From the human T2T-CHM13v2.0 reference genome, Homo sapiens: DNA of 64,000 bases. Made by a program: the position numbers and the translations under genes. Location: the NCBI RefSeq assembly GCF_009914755.1, contig NC_060931.1, one strand, 5' to 3'. Every line of letters starts with the position of its first letter. Position 1 is the stretch's first letter. The notes below the pieces were generated by a model that searched no databases, was not told the DNA's origin, and saw only the letters and a list, made by a program, of their open reading frames with translations. This document shows positions 28,814 through 43,917 of this stretch, piece after piece.

Positions 28814-29117
28814 TGTTTTGTTTTTTGTTTTTTTGGTTTTTTTTTGAGACGGAGTCTCGCTCTGTCACCCAGGCTGGAGTGCGGTAGCACTCACTGCAAG
28901 CTCTGCCTCCCGGGCTCATGCCATTCTCCTGCCTTAGCCTCCTGAGTAGCTGGGACTATAGGCACCCTCCGCCGCGCCTGGCTAATTTTTTGTATTTTTA
29001 GTAGAGACGGGGTTTCACCATGTTATCCAGGATGGTCTCGATCTCCTGACCTCGTGATCTGCCTGCCTCAGGCTCCCAAAGTGCTGGGATTACAGGCGTG
29101 AGACACCACGCCCAGCC
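28814..29117 (-). mobile_element. AluY-like element with about 10-bp right-arm deletion
   Basis: CTGCAAGCTC, GCCATTCTCC and GGATGGTCTCGATCTCC diagnostics; TSD TGCTTTATGTTTT at 28801-28813 and 29119-29131. Confidence 0.9.
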
Positions 29118-29739
29118 CTGCTTTATGTTTTAATTCCTCTACTTGACTATTTTAATATGGATGTGTAGAAACACAACATTCTCAGATTATAATTTTTATT
29201 GTCCTCTATTTTTCACAATATGCTTATTCCCTGGATCTGTTGGAAGATTAAAAAGAAGTGATCCTCTGGTTGGATGGGATGGAATGATGCTCTGGAGGCT
29301 AGGCTCACTTCCTTCCTTCAGTCAATGTGGGAGCAAAGCTTTAGTACCAACTATGACAGGTGATGATACACACAGCACACCTAGCAATGGCCTGCAGACT
29401 TAGGAATGGACATGCAATCTATATATTTATAGGAAAGGAAAGAAGAGAGGAAGAAGTTCAATAAATTCTAAGAAATTGTCTTATTAATTCTTCTCAGAGG
29501 GAAAAAACAAAGTCAAGAAATATAATACATGAAATACCACCTACTTCAGACCTTTATAATTTCTTAACAAAATTATTAACTTCAGCCTTCTCCGTCTTCC
29601 ACATCAATCCACTTCAAACTATCCCAAATATGGTATCAGACTAATTCACTGAACCACAGTTCTGATAATGTCACCCCTTTGCACCAACACTTTCAGTGAT
29701 TTTTATATCATTTCAAATGGGATTAGGTGTTTCTAGAAC

Positions 29740-29970
29740 TAAAAGCAAAACAAATCCATAAAGGAAAATTTTCAATGATTTTATATGTAAAAATGTAAAA
29801 GAACTTTATATTAAAAGCCCACCGAAATGAAAAGATAAAAAACAAACTGAGAAAGCTGCAACACATATGGTAGACTGTGAAGTACCTTTAATATATAAAG
29901 AAATCACAATCAGTAACGAAGGGGCTGTTGCATCACAGGAAAACATGAGCAAAGACATGAAAGAGAAAAC
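29740..29970 (+). mobile_element. Old L1M ORF2 fragment
   Basis: A-rich, with CCATAAAGGAAAA...GCAACACATAT...CCTTAATATATAAAGAA...ATGAGCAAAGACATGAA. Confidence 0.55.
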
Positions 29971-32019
29971 AAACTACAGAAACAGTCTCTGGAGAGCTTT
30001 TGAGAATTCGAATCGACATATCTTGAGCCAACATTTGGTGTGTCTCTTGGACGTCTGAACAATTTGGTAACCTCAGACTGTTCACCATGACTAACTCCTA
30101 TCAAACCTCTGCTCACTAATCTCTATAACAGAAGTATGTGTATCACAAGATCTCTCCAAAATCCTGACCCCAAATTAGAAGATTCTGTAAAACAAAGCCA
30201 ATTTAAAGACAGGAGAAAAAAAAATCAAGAAATAATCTTAAATCAAGTTCCAATGGAAACCCATAAATAGGGCTCGCTGGCAAAGTAAATGGAAACCATC
30301 AACTCTGGCTTAAACAGAAGTCCTCCATCCAAAGATTAAAATAAAAATAATGCCCCATGCAAGCTGAGAGTACGCACACACAGCATTCCTTTCTATTTGG
30401 AAAGGAAGTCCCTAAATTTTTTGGTATCTTGCAGAAAATGTCTAAATTCCTGGACAGTTTTACTGAATTAAGATACTTAGCTTAGGTAGTGGCTCCAAAA
30501 GTAAGCCTAAGGCTAAAAGTCCCTGAGCGATGATTAACCATAGCCACCAGAGTGTGGTAATAAATTCTAGAAAGTGGACTCATACAGAGCATGATTTAGT
30601 TAAAAGTCTTTCAGTTAAGTAAGGTATGTTAGAAGACGCAACACATACCTTCAGGCTAATGCCTGCCCAGCTAAATTCTTAGCCTGTTTTCAAACAAACA
30701 AACAACAAACTTTCTACAATTATGTATACTATACAAATTCACAAGTTAACATGTGTGATGCTAAAATCCAATATGTAACTTACAGGCTAAAATCATCATC
30801 ATTACCATTGTTGGACATCTAGTGCTGAGATAGGCTCTTTAGAAACATGATTTCATTTCATCTTCACAGGCACTTTACTTAAGAAGGTATCATTTCCTCA
30901 TTTTACTCTTGAAGAAGCTAAGGCTTAATTAAATCAAGTAACTTGCCCAGGGGCATACAATTAGGAATAATAATGTCTCTAATTTTGCACTTCTTACTGT
31001 ATAATCAATGACAATTCCTATCTTGTTGTTTTCTAAAATGTGATTAAATCAAAATGTATGTAACTCAAAAATGCCTTCTTATAACTCTTAAACAGTATTT
31101 TTTTTAAAAAGTCAGAATGGCCCTCCAGCTTTATATTGGGTTTATTATCACAAGACCAAGAGGAGTTAGCCTACTCACAAGCATTCATGCCGCAATCAAG
31201 ATGTGTAGACAGATGTGCAGCAAGTGTCTGCACATTTCCTGGTATTTGTGGTTATTTGCTGTTATAGTCCTCAGCGTTAAAATTCTGAAGTTTCCAGGTA
31301 TTATAATTGCATGGGAGGACTTCTGTAGAGGCTTTTCCCCTGCTGTGCAATTCCAATGAGAACATACAGTACGACCTGAAGGAAAACAGTTGGCTTAAAT
31401 TGGCAATATTATATCTCTCTGAAAATGTAAGATGGTAAACAGGCCTTTGCTAATGTTCTTCAATGTGCAGAGAACATCCTGAAGCCTGATACTTTGAATT
31501 GTCATGTATGTGATTTCCACTGAATATTTGTAAAAGAAAAAGAGAAATGAACTAAATTTACTCTTAGAAAACTTCTAAGTTGGAGTAGAATAGTAAATCC
31601 TTTAACCACTCTGAAATATGACTCAATTTCTTTTCCTTCCAGAATAGCCCTTCTTACAATTTCCTTTTCTTTCCCTTTAAAAAAAAAAATCTATAGTTAC
31701 TTAACTGTAGAGAGAAACATTCCATTTGCAAATTTAGTCTGTGAAATCCTATATCCACGAGCAATGTCTAAAATTTCCCAGCTTCTAATAAATAGAAACC
31801 AGGTTCACAAATCAAGAGAACCCAACACATTAAATCAAGAACTGCCAGCCTGTCAGTAGCCAATAAATTAGCATTGTTGAAAATAAAGTCACGCTTGCTT
31901 ATAAAAGCAGCTATTATGGATGAGTCTAAGAATTTGACCTTCCAACAGCCGTGGTGGCATAAACTCACAAAGGAAATAATAGCTATCACTCATTGAATAT
32001 CTTCTGGTATCCAGACACT

Positions 32020-32185
32020 TTACCCACAGCATTGCATTCATTCGTCCTAGCATTCTTGCAGGTGGGTATCATTAAGCTTGCTTTATGGATGAGGAAACCG
32101 AGGTTCAGGAGGTTAAGTAACATAGCCAGGGTCAGATTTAAACATAGATCTCCAAAACCCATGCTCTCCCAGCTACGCCATCCTA
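32020..32185 (-). mobile_element. MIR
   Basis: TTTATGGATGAGGAAACCGAGGTTCAGGAGGTTAAGTAAC. Confidence 0.8.
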
Positions 32186-32904
32186 CCACTATTACATCAC
32201 TAACAAGGTGCCAGTTGGGGCTCTTCTGCCTGGTTCTACTTTCTAGAATGTATTAACCACACTCTGTCATCATTGTAATTATTGCCTTCGAGTTTTTAGG
32301 TCTAGTCTCACTTTTGGGGTCACTACCTAATCTAGATACCTAGCTAAATTCAGAAAAAGTGGCCAGGAATGTAGGATTTCTGCAGAATACCAAAAGCCTA
32401 AGGACTTTCTTTCCAAATAAAAGATATGCTATTTGCATACGCTTTCAGCATGTCTGGAGCATGATTTTATATACTAATCCTTGGATAGGAGACCTCTGGC
32501 CAAACTGGAGTTGTTGCTTTCCATTTACTCTGCCAGAGGACCCTGTTTCCATCCACGTTAGGATTAAGATTGTTTCTTGATTTCTTTGCTCCTGTTTGTA
32601 ATGGGCTTTACTATTGCAATCTTTCAGCTCTGAATTAGGATCAGAATTTTGAAGGGATCCATTAGAAGGGGTGCAGGGGATGTCACTCCACTGAAGTGTT
32701 TGAGGACATTGGATTGTTCAGATGTCCAAGAGACCCACCAAATGATGGCTTGAGAGATGTTGATTTGAATTATAAAATGCCCTCAGAAGACTGTTTCTGC
32801 AGTGACTGTTACACATTTAAAATAATTGTTGGCCAGCCACCACCTCTTAAAACATCTTTTTGCTAGGTCAATATTTAATAGGTCAGAATATTCTTTCTAC
32901 AATG

Positions 32905-34142
<1,238 letters not shown>

Positions 34143-34249
34143 GTCAGCTCTGGCCCTACACACTTCCTAATCTAGAACCCACGGAAAGTTGGTCCTGGAC
34201 TACAGATGTGAGTAAGAATTGAGCTCATGTCTCTAGGTAAAAATAACCT

Positions 34250-34980
34250 CAGAATTCCAACTGGAATATCAGAACATTATCCTCAAAAACAATAGGATTT
34301 AGGGTTTCCATTCTTCCTGTCCCCTCCCTCATACCAGGCAGAAGAAGTAGAACGTCATCCAGCTCAGACTGGAGGCCATTGCTCCTGGGGGCAGCCAAAA
34401 AAGGTGTATTCTGCTCCACTAAGCCAGGGCTGAGGCACGGCAGGAAGTGGGCGCCCTGTGCCATGTACCCCACCCCATCCCAGGAAACATCATCTGACTG
34501 CCCATCACTAACTCACTTCCTTCCCCCTGCGGGTGCCAGGAATTGATCCGCCTACCTTCCTACCCACTTTTCACGTCAGCCCAGGGTTCTGATGGCCATT
34601 TTGGAAAGCAGCATCTCAGAACTTCTCCCTCAGTGTCCTGTGGCGCAGCCACACGCAGAGACACACGCCACCTTTATGAGGTTTTCTACACAGATGTTAC
34701 TGCTCGCAAGCGGCCATTCAAAGTCTTCTTCTGTGTCACCCACCCTCCTGTTTGTTTGCCCCCCATGTAGATAAAAATAAGGCACTCCTGGTTATAAATC
34801 AGAACGAGGGGGAGGGAGTCGGGCACAGAATATAGCGAGAACGAAAAGAGACTCAACTGCCTTTGAGGAAACTCAGGACTTGGAGAGGGTCCAAGGAATT
34901 TTCTTTAAGAAGCAACGCCGGAGCCTCCACAAGGGAGGAGATGGTGCAAGGAATCCTACCTACCATTGTCACGCTGGGTA
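34250..34980. promoter_or_regulatory. Candidate ETS-rich enhancer
   Basis: Unique GC/CpG-richer stretch with CAGGAAGTG (34441), CAGGAAAC (34481), CACTTCCT (34514) and CACGTCA (34572). Confidence 0.3.
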
Positions 34981-36974
34981 GACTGAGGTGGATGGAAAAA
35001 CATTTGCTCTCTGTCCTCTCTCTTCCCTCTTCTACCTTCTAATCATTCAGTAGAGAAGAGGCAGGGTAGGATGGAAAAGAAACTTCCTGGAAGAAATGAA
35101 GGAGTAGAGATGGTGAAGGAAACCCTCAAATAATGGCAATGGCTCCTGGCTGGGACAGCCGATCCCCATGGCTGTCCATAAAGAAGACATGGTTAAGAAG
35201 GAGATTGCTAGCTCTAGAAACTCCACACCTTTAAAAAAAATTTTTTTTCCTCAGGTTCACAAACTGAAGGGCATTTAAAGAAAACTGAAGGGCTAGTATA
35301 ATGTCAAGGTTAACATTTTAATTGCATAAAACATGGAGAAAGCCTACGCTTGTCATTTTTACAAGGTTACCTTTCCTGTACAATGGAGGCTTTTATCCAA
35401 CAACTATATACGAGTTGGTGACATGACATAGAATGTGACTTACATAAATGGAAGAGCTCACACTCTTTTTTCTCTATAGCTCCTCCAGAAGGCACCAACA
35501 AGTAGCTAAATTGTGGCCTTTTAAACCTTTTCTCGCAGATAAGAAATGCACATATATGTGTCATTTTGTAGTTTTGAATGCACAGGGCCTAATTCTCCTA
35601 TACTATGTCTGGCCCCTCAGTGCCCAGAGCTCCATCGACTTCAAAGAGGGTTTTGCAGGTGGAATGGCAGATAAGCGGTGGAGAATTTAGCTCTTTTGGA
35701 TGATGTGATCACATAACAAAAGCCTGCCGTAACCCCGCAAGAAGGCAAAGTTAAGGTTACTATTGGAGCCTTAACTCTGAATTCCCTGAATCTAGGGCAA
35801 TCCAGAGTATATAGCCCCACAGTGCAATACTTCACAGTGCTTTACAATGAGCGGAAAAAGAGAAAGAAAAAAATCTTGTAAAGGATGGGAAGCCTTTCAG
35901 ATCTGTGCATTGAATCTAATATTTTTTTGAAAAATAACTTTCCAAGGTTGAAAAGTAGCTGAAGTTTCAACACGTTATACACACTTAGGAAATAACAGCT
36001 TTATGTATAAGGCGTGGAAGGGATAAGTGTCCTTATTGATTTATACACAAATATCTGTTTAAGTTTTCATTTTACGAGACTCAGGAACACAAAGGAGATT
36101 GTCCCCTAGAAGCACAGACTTTTTAATAAAAGACCCTCATTTTCCCAACCAGTGATAGATATCCAAATCCTCAAGTGTTGGTGAAAAACATTTGTCATTG
36201 GTTTAAGTATCAAAATGAAAATTTGATTCCCTTTAAACAGATTCTTTTTAAAATTAAGAAAACACCATTACGCATCAGTGTGTACTTTGTGATGCTAACA
36301 AATAACCATTACATGATGTAAGTACAACATACTAGTTTTGTTCTCCTAGCCAGGAGGAAGGCAGAACTATTGTCATCACCTAGAACTAAAAGAAAGGATT
36401 TTGCAGAATGAAAGGCAAGAGGGCACACCAGAGCCAAGAGCCACCAGGGGAGGCTGCGACCCAGCGACAGGGTGCTGGTGAAGTCCCCTGCCTTGCCTCA
36501 GAGCAGGGGCCCTGCTGGCTGCCTGCCTTTCCCCATCCTGTGTCCAAGACAGAGGTGAAGAGCTGCTTGGGAAGGGAGGGAAGAGGCATGAAGCAGGACA
36601 ATGGCGACCTCAAGCCGACTTCCTTTGTTTCCAGTGAAAGCGACTCATCCTGAATTGGGGGGACAGTTAGGAGGGTGATCCTCCAGGGAAGCAAGTCACA
36701 TCCCGGTTGGATAGAGTCATCCTGGCATGCAGTTTTTAGCAATATTTCCGGAGAGCAGGGAGTGGGTTACCAAGTGGCTGTCTCCTCCTCCTCACTCTTT
36801 CAGTCAAAGAAAAGCCCCAGTCTTCAACAGAAACTCTGAGAGGCAAAGGATCCCTGATAAGGAAAAAAAAAGTTCAAGGAGAACCCATTCACACTATGCA
36901 GAGTGGTCACATTGGGTACATGTTATACAGGCAAAAAACAGCCAGGTTCTAAAAAATTAAAAAAAAAAAAAAAC

Positions 36975-37270
36975 ACCAAGTCATATCACCCCTCTGCTCA
37001 AAACTCTCCTGTGGTGACCCATTGCACTTCTCATCACCTCGCCCTGCCACAGTCTTGCCCATCACACTGATCACCTTTTTACACATTACATAATGTACCT
37101 ACTTATGAAGCTCATTATTTACTTTCTGTCTTCCTCCACTAGAACGTAAGCTCCGCATTGGCAGGAATTTTTGTCTGTTTTTATCGCTGATTTGTCTCAG
37201 TATCCAAAACAGTGCCCGGCCCTTACTAGGTAGTCAATAAGTATTTGTTGAATTAATTAGTTAATTAGTG
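36975..37270 (+). mobile_element. L2a fragments
   Basis: TCACCCCTCTGCTCAAAAC, CACTAGAACGTAAGCTCC, ACAGTGCCCGGC and CAATAAGTATTTGTTGAAT. Confidence 0.75.
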
Positions 37271-37439
37271 GATGGGTGGATAAATGATGTTACAGCATTA
37301 GACCAGGCAGAAATAATTCAATGATCTAGCTATGTAGGTGTAGGTATAAACATAGAGAGAGAGCAGTGGCTATAGCTGTAGATAAAGCCACAGGCGAAGG
37401 CTGTGATAGATAGAGACACAAATGACAAGTTGTAAAATA

Positions 37440-38170
37440 AAGGGACAAAGTATGCAAAGGGCAAATGAAGAATTTATCCTGAAAGTTTTTAAAAACATAA
37501 AAAATTCCTTACAAAAGGAATGAAAGAGAACATAAAATTAATTAAACAAGACCTCAAAGAGGTAATGGCAACATTGAATGAAACTTCTAAAGAAAGAATT
37601 AGGGGCTACAGAAACACATTATGAACCAGAATAACATGATTAGAGAATGGAATAATAAATTAGAAACATCAGTGAACAGAATACACATAGCTGAAAACAG
37701 AATTAATAGCCCTATATTTCTATGCAGTGAAAATAGAAGAAAAGGAATTGCAGATTAAAGCAACTCACAGAAGAAAAAGATACGGAGGATAGACATTGGT
37801 GATCCAACATAATATAAAGGAATTGATTTTCCAAAGAGAATGGACGATGTAGTAGAAAAAAGAAAAAAAAACACCTGGAAATGAAGAAAGGACTGAATCA
37901 GCATGACAAAATAAGTTCTGGGAAAAATTAATAGTGAATCTTTGCTATAAGGCATGTTTTGGTACTGTTAACTGAACTTAAAGGTTAGTTATTCAGGCAT
38001 GCAGGTGTCAAAAGCAAGCTGTCTGGAAAGTACCCATAGTAAGCTGGTCTCCAGCTTTTTCACAGAAACATTCAGTGCCAGAAGACAGTGGTGCAAGCTC
38101 AATAAAGCTTCGAGAGAAAACGTGACCTAAGTATTTTGCACAAAGCCAAGCAGTCACCTAACCAGTAAAG
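37440..38170 (+). mobile_element. Ancient L1 ORF1-region / HAL1-like fragment
   Basis: Very A-rich, with ATAGCTGAAAACAGAATTAAT, GATCCAACATAAT and CATTCAGTGCCAGAAGACAGTGG motifs. Confidence 0.5.
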
Positions 38171-38176
38171 CCACTA

Positions 38177-38680
38177 CAGGAGTTCCCCCTTTATCTGTGG
38201 GGAACACATTCCAAGACCCCTAGCTGCCTGAAACCGCAAGTAGCATCAAACCCTCTATGTACTATGTTTTCCCTTATTAAGTTGAGAACTTTCACCTTTT
38301 CACTTCAAGTGAGCACTTCACTGCTTCTCTTTGGCAAAGGTGAATGGCCAGCATCACTACTCTTGCACTTCGAGGCCACTATTAAGTAAAGTAAGGGTTA
38401 CTTGAACACAAGCACTGCGATACTGCAACAGTCAGTCTGACAACTAAGATTGCTGAGTGACTAACAGGTGGGGAGTGGGTACAATGTGGATCTGCTGGAC
38501 AAAGGGTTGCTTCACTTCCCGCAGGGGACAGAGTGGGACGGTGTGAGATTTCATCACGCTACTCGGAATGGCATGCAATTTAAAGTTTGTAAGTGGTTTA
38601 TTTCTGGAATTTTCCATTTAATATTTTCTGACCACTGCTGACCATGGGTAATTGAAAGTACAGATAAGGGGGGACTGCTG
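38177..38680 (-). mobile_element. MER44B (Tigger7-derived)
   Basis: TIRs CAGGAGTTCCCCCTTTATC / GATAAGGGGGGACTGCTG with TA TSDs; internal GCCAGCATCACTACTCTTGC. Confidence 0.85.
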
Positions 38681-38739
38681 TACTATGTGAGAGCCCAGAG
38701 AACGCAGCAATATTGAAAATCCACTCAGCAAACAGAGGA

Positions 38740-39250
38740 GTGGAGAATCCACCTCACTCAGAGAAAACCGAAAGTTCTTTCCATGGTTTACAAGTTTCTG
38801 CCCCTTCTGGTTTCCCTTATCTTTCCAGCCCCATCCCCGACTCCATTCCCTCTTGACCCACACTCTCCAGCCTCACTTCCCTCCTCCTGATCCCCAGACC
38901 CATCAACCCAACCACACCTCAGGCCTTGCACCATTGCCTCTGCCTCAAGGGTTCTTCACCACTTGTCTTATTCCCTCACTTATTTAATGAGACCTTCCTT
39001 GCTGCCTTACCTAAAATTCCAATACCCCCAACACCCTCTTTTTCTCTTCTCTGCTTGATTTTTCTCCTTGGCAATTATTCCCATCTAGCTTACTCTATCT
39101 TTACATATTTTGTTTCTTATCTGTCTCCCCCAGACTACAATGTGAGTTCCCTGAGGTTGCAAATTATTATCTGTTTTCTTTTTCTTTATTCCTACAATAG
39201 TGCCTGGAACACAGTAGCCATTCGAGTATTTATTTAGTGAATAAATAAAT
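38740..39250 (+). mobile_element. L2 3' fragment
   Basis: ACCTCAGGCCTTGCAC...CTACAATGTGAGTTCC...TAGTGCCTGGAACACAGTAG...TGAATAAATAAAT. Confidence 0.7.
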
Positions 39251-42200
39251 CAGGGTCTAAGTCCATTCCTTCCCCGTCCATCCCCTTAACATTTTTGAAC
39301 CAGAGTGAACCTAGAGGGTAATAGCAGTTAAACGGAGGGGTCTGAAAACCAAATCTTATCAGGACAATCTGACGAATACCTAGCCTTTGTGTTAATTAAC
39401 CCTAAATATATTAGAAGAAATGTCAACAATGACTTTTCAGATATTGCTACAGAAACAGAATTTGAACACTTACAGAAAGGTAAATTTTTCCGTTTTTCAA
39501 GAAAATTATCTTAGCGTCAGAGCTAATGATAAAATCAGCGTCTTCATAAATGCTGAGCTTCCCTGCCAATGGAGATTGTGAAAAAGATGCCGGATGTTTG
39601 CTGTCAGGGACCCTATGGGAGAATTCCCTACCATCTAAAGGAAGTTTAGTCCAGAGAGCCCCCAACTTCTTCTGCTTTGAGATTCTGTGATGCTATGCAC
39701 ACATGAGATTCTGTGATGCTCTGCGTGCAGCTTCGATTGTTCTATTGTGTGTGACGATGATTTGCAGACATTTGCGTTTGGGAACTGTGACTGTACTTCT
39801 GCCTGCAGGTCAGGTCCCTGGCTTCCTCACCCAGTTCCTACTGGCTGCACTTTGAATCACAACACTCCCGGCGTGTGGGAGTCCAGCACAGTTGGTTGAC
39901 TGGCCTTTCTTGAAGAGATTTACAATTCAGCAGTAATTCCAACAGGAGGAATTCATTTGCTGTAATTGAGCAAGCAGATCATCCCCTATTTCTTTTGAAA
40001 ATTGTCATTAATATGATCTTCAGGCAACTCCTCCCAGCTAGGCATGGGCCTTGGTTGAAGCAAGCTTCAGTATTTCTTTGATGTAAGGGTAAAAGACCTT
40101 ATGTGAGTGAGCTAAAGATTCTAAAAAGCATTGAGTTGGTTTAGGGCATTTTGATGAGAGGGCATTTTTGCTGGGAGTGGTAAGGAAGAGCATGAAACAA
40201 ACATTTGTATTTGTTTGCTTTTCTGTTTTGTCACTCTTATGTTCCTAATAATCATGTTTTGTAAGGCTATTGCTGTTTCTGAGTCCAGTTGGCAAGTTAT
40301 AGAATTCATAAGAACATTCCATGCCACAGTAGAAACATAAAACATTTATTCTTACATTTACAAAAACTTATTTTTTGTTGGAACCGAAATTAATCACACT
40401 TTGATTCTAAAGGATACATGAAGTAAACTCTAGCAAAGGCATTAAAGAGATCTAAAGCGCTGAATAAAAAAAGAATTGTTCCTAGTTCTTTAGAAATGTA
40501 CCTGCTTAAGCCCAACTGAGGTAATTACTCTTCTGAACTTTAAAGTAGATAACTTAAAAAAAAAACAAAAAACCTCTTAGTCATGGCACCGTGACAGTAA
40601 AGAACTTCTGAAAGATGGTCTTCAGGTGATCAAAATCAAAACATAGCAAAACTTCAACCTCTGTGGTCTTACCTGTAACACTGCACTGTTACACGTAACA
40701 TTTCACAGCGTTTCCGTGACTTGAGATTTATGGTGCTGTCAGTTTTAGTATCATGCTTTATAGCATAGAAAGAAAAGTTTGTGCTTCCCATTTGTTGTTG
40801 AGTAGGGGATGGCTGCTATGTACAGCTATGTATAGGTTAGGATTTTTGAGAAAGGCTTGCTACTCTAATTCTATCAAACCTAGGAGAGAATCTTCTTTTC
40901 ACTTTTAAACATCTCCTTAACATTTACAGTGTTAATTTTTCCAGGGAAGTATCCATACTCGAGGGTCACTGCAGGAAGGATTTTCCTGGCTTGGCTTGCA
41001 GCTGGTCATTAACACAAGTCCCTTAAGTCATATGTGCAAATGAAGCCCCAGGGGTTTTTGCAAGGGTTAGAGGAGGTGTATTAAGTGTGACACATAATAG
41101 GTACTCAATGAATGATCCATAAACATTTTGATTGCATTAGTTTAGTTTGTGTTTTGGGGCCAGTAAATCTGTATTGTTAGAAAAATAAATGGCCACTGGT
41201 TTATGGTCAGTTCCCACTCTCCTCCATCCTCCGGCAGGCAGCCTTACTATATGAGTGGCCCCTCATCATAGCTACTAGAGCAGGGCAGCTCTGCTTTAAT
41301 CCTCTTTATTCCGTTCCCCTTTCTCCTTCAAACTCTCCCACTTATCCCATGGATCTCTCCCTTAAGTCCTGGTTGGAGTCTCCAGTAGCAAGAATGGCAG
41401 TAGGTTGGGGAGAAAGAAAAGGAAAGAATGAACACGTTCAGTGTTTCGACTTCATGGGTGACACGGACCTAGGACTTTACATGCACAACTTTACTTTGGT
41501 TTTATAACACCCATGTGGAGTGACGAATTTTTTCTAATTATATAGACAAAAGATCTAAGATTTAGTTACATAATTTGTCCCCTAATTAAATGGTTTTTCT
41601 TTTTGATATACTTCTCCTGTGAGAAAAATTCTGCCAGTTAAGATGAGAGAAGTTGGTTGGGAGCAGCTTGAGGAGGCCCTTCCTTGAGTTTAAGTTCGAT
41701 TTAGCACTGTGTCCTGGTAGTAATATTGGTAGCAGTAGGAGTAACAGCAATGAGAGTGGTCACAGTCAGACCAGGAATAAGAATAGTAACAGTAGTAATG
41801 GCAGTAGAAATCTCAGAAATAGCATGCCTCAGTCTATTGACAGGGTTCAATATTCAACTTGCTATCTTTTCAGCATTCCTGTTTTAAATGCCCAAACCAT
41901 ACCATTTGGGTCACCGGGCTGACAGATTTGAATTTATTTTGCTTCCAGGGAGCCTCTGAACACTGGCAGGGACTTAGTGTTTTGATTTCCTTTTTTAACT
42001 CTAACACTAACAAAGTGATCTTATTCAGAGTTTCATGTGACACTCGTCCCAAACATATCCAGGGACCCACATGCGAATACCTGACAGTAAAGGGTTTGGA
42101 CCTCAGGCGGTGTGGCTGAGAAATATCCTAGGAACCTAGCTTGCCCCTGAGCCCCCTGAGTTTTCACCCAGTACCCACTGATTGCAGTGTGAGTGAGTCT

Positions 42201-43917
42201 CACCACCACAATGTGGAGTCAAGCAGCTCTGGGGATACCCAGCAGTCCCCATGCTTGCCAAGTTCTTTGTGCTATGTTCCATATAAGACTTATGTCTTGG
42301 GAGCCCCTAAGTTGGTGTAGCTCACAGTCCTCTGTGTATTGTCTCCTGTGAAAGACTTTAGGTTTCCTAGTTCCCTTCCTAAATGGATCTTCAGACTTTT
42401 AAAGTATTTATTTGTAAGACAAGGCAACAGGCCACTTCATCCTATTGCTGCACTTTGCTGTTGCTGGAGGAAGATGAAATGTTACAATTATTAGTTTCAG
42501 AATAGAACTTGATTTTTTAACCACCTAATAATAAAAGAGAAATAAACTCATGTGGAGGTGAGTCTTTTTGAATATCCATTCTCTTTCAAGTCTTTCACTT
42601 GAAAAGTGAGGGGCAAAATCAGAAACATAGCCTGAGATTAACAAAAGCTTCCCAGTGACATGGGATTGTCTCAGCCTGAGAGGGAAGACTCTGATGTTCT
42701 TCCCAAGGCAAGAATCAGGAGCTCACCTTCCTTCTCAAGGTAAGCCAGGTGCTTTATTCCAGAGCAGGAATTTGTTTTTCTCAAATCCCACCCCCTCCGC
42801 AGTAAGTTATCCTTTATGCTACAAGGAAGTAAGTGTCGCTGAGCTGCTTAACCTGGCCTTGCCATTGGAGGGTCAGTATCTCTCAGAGAACACCCTAGCT
42901 CAGTGGCATGTAAAACTGACTCCCCAGTCAGCTAAGCCTGCACAGAGGCTGCCGACATGATGGGAACTCGCCGATGGCTTGTAAAAAGCCAGCACACACC
43001 CAGAGGGAGCTGTGTCCTTTCTAAAGTGGATCCCTCTTTCATAGTCCACGTTGGCTTGGAAGTCATCACCGGTTGCCTGGAACATAGTAGGCTCTCGATA
43101 AATACATGGTGCCTGAACAAATGAAGATGTATTCACAACTCAGTTTTTGTGCCAAAGATATTTTTCAGTTTTAATAATTTATGGTCAAAAGCTAAGACAT
43201 AATACATTACCATGGGGGTTTCTTTTCACTTACTTGTTTTATCTTAGACAAAATGGTTATTTAAAAAGAAGTTTTTGGAGGCCTTTCTAATTATATTCCT
43301 CATTGAATCATATATTTACAGGGATTTTAACTATTAGGTACAGAGCTGCCTCCAGAATTCTAAGCCAATAAATGACCCACCTTGGCATAAGTGATTATTG
43401 GTTCAACATATATTCAAAATGTATCAGATAAACAATCCTACCTTCTTCTCTGTGTGCACTTGAGCAAATCATTCAGGGTCTCTGGGTCTCATTTTCTTTA
43501 TTTCTCAAGGGTAAAATTGGGTTTGATGAGTTCCAAGGACCCTGACATCTCTAATTCTCATACATTTGGCAGAATGCTGGCAAAGGAATCCTCAAATTAC
43601 TAGTCACTCTTTCACTGTGGTGAGCCTCTTAAAGACTTCGCCCTTCATTTTCCCTTTCTTCGCAGCCTGACTGTCTCACTAGTAGGAAACGTTTTTTGCT
43701 TGGCACTTACAAGGGTTTTTTTCTCTCTCTTCCCACACTAACCCTATTGCTGTCTCATGGTTTGTAAATACTTCCAAAGAAACACATGCTCAAACACGTT
43801 GATAATTTACAGGCCAGCTACATATGCCACCAAACTGTTAGATTTTTGAGGGTAAGAAATATGCCTGATTTCTTGTGATATTTAGGCACCCAGCACAGTG
43901 CCAGGAAACCAGTAGAG

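Noticed and set aside
34449-34680. Further CTCF-like strings (GCGCCCTGTGCC, TTCCCCCTGCGGG, ACGCCACCTTT)
   Set aside because: Each misses core positions or spacing of the CTCF motif.
38270-38390. Tigger7 transposase start within MER44B as a domesticated gene
   Set aside because: On the minus strand the start reads GTG rather than ATG, a TGA follows after about 25 codons, and the rest of the transposase is deleted.
41653-41922. Ser/Asn-rich 89-aa ORF
   Set aside because: Product of a degenerate (AGT/AAT/AGC)n low-complexity tract, with a non-ATG start.
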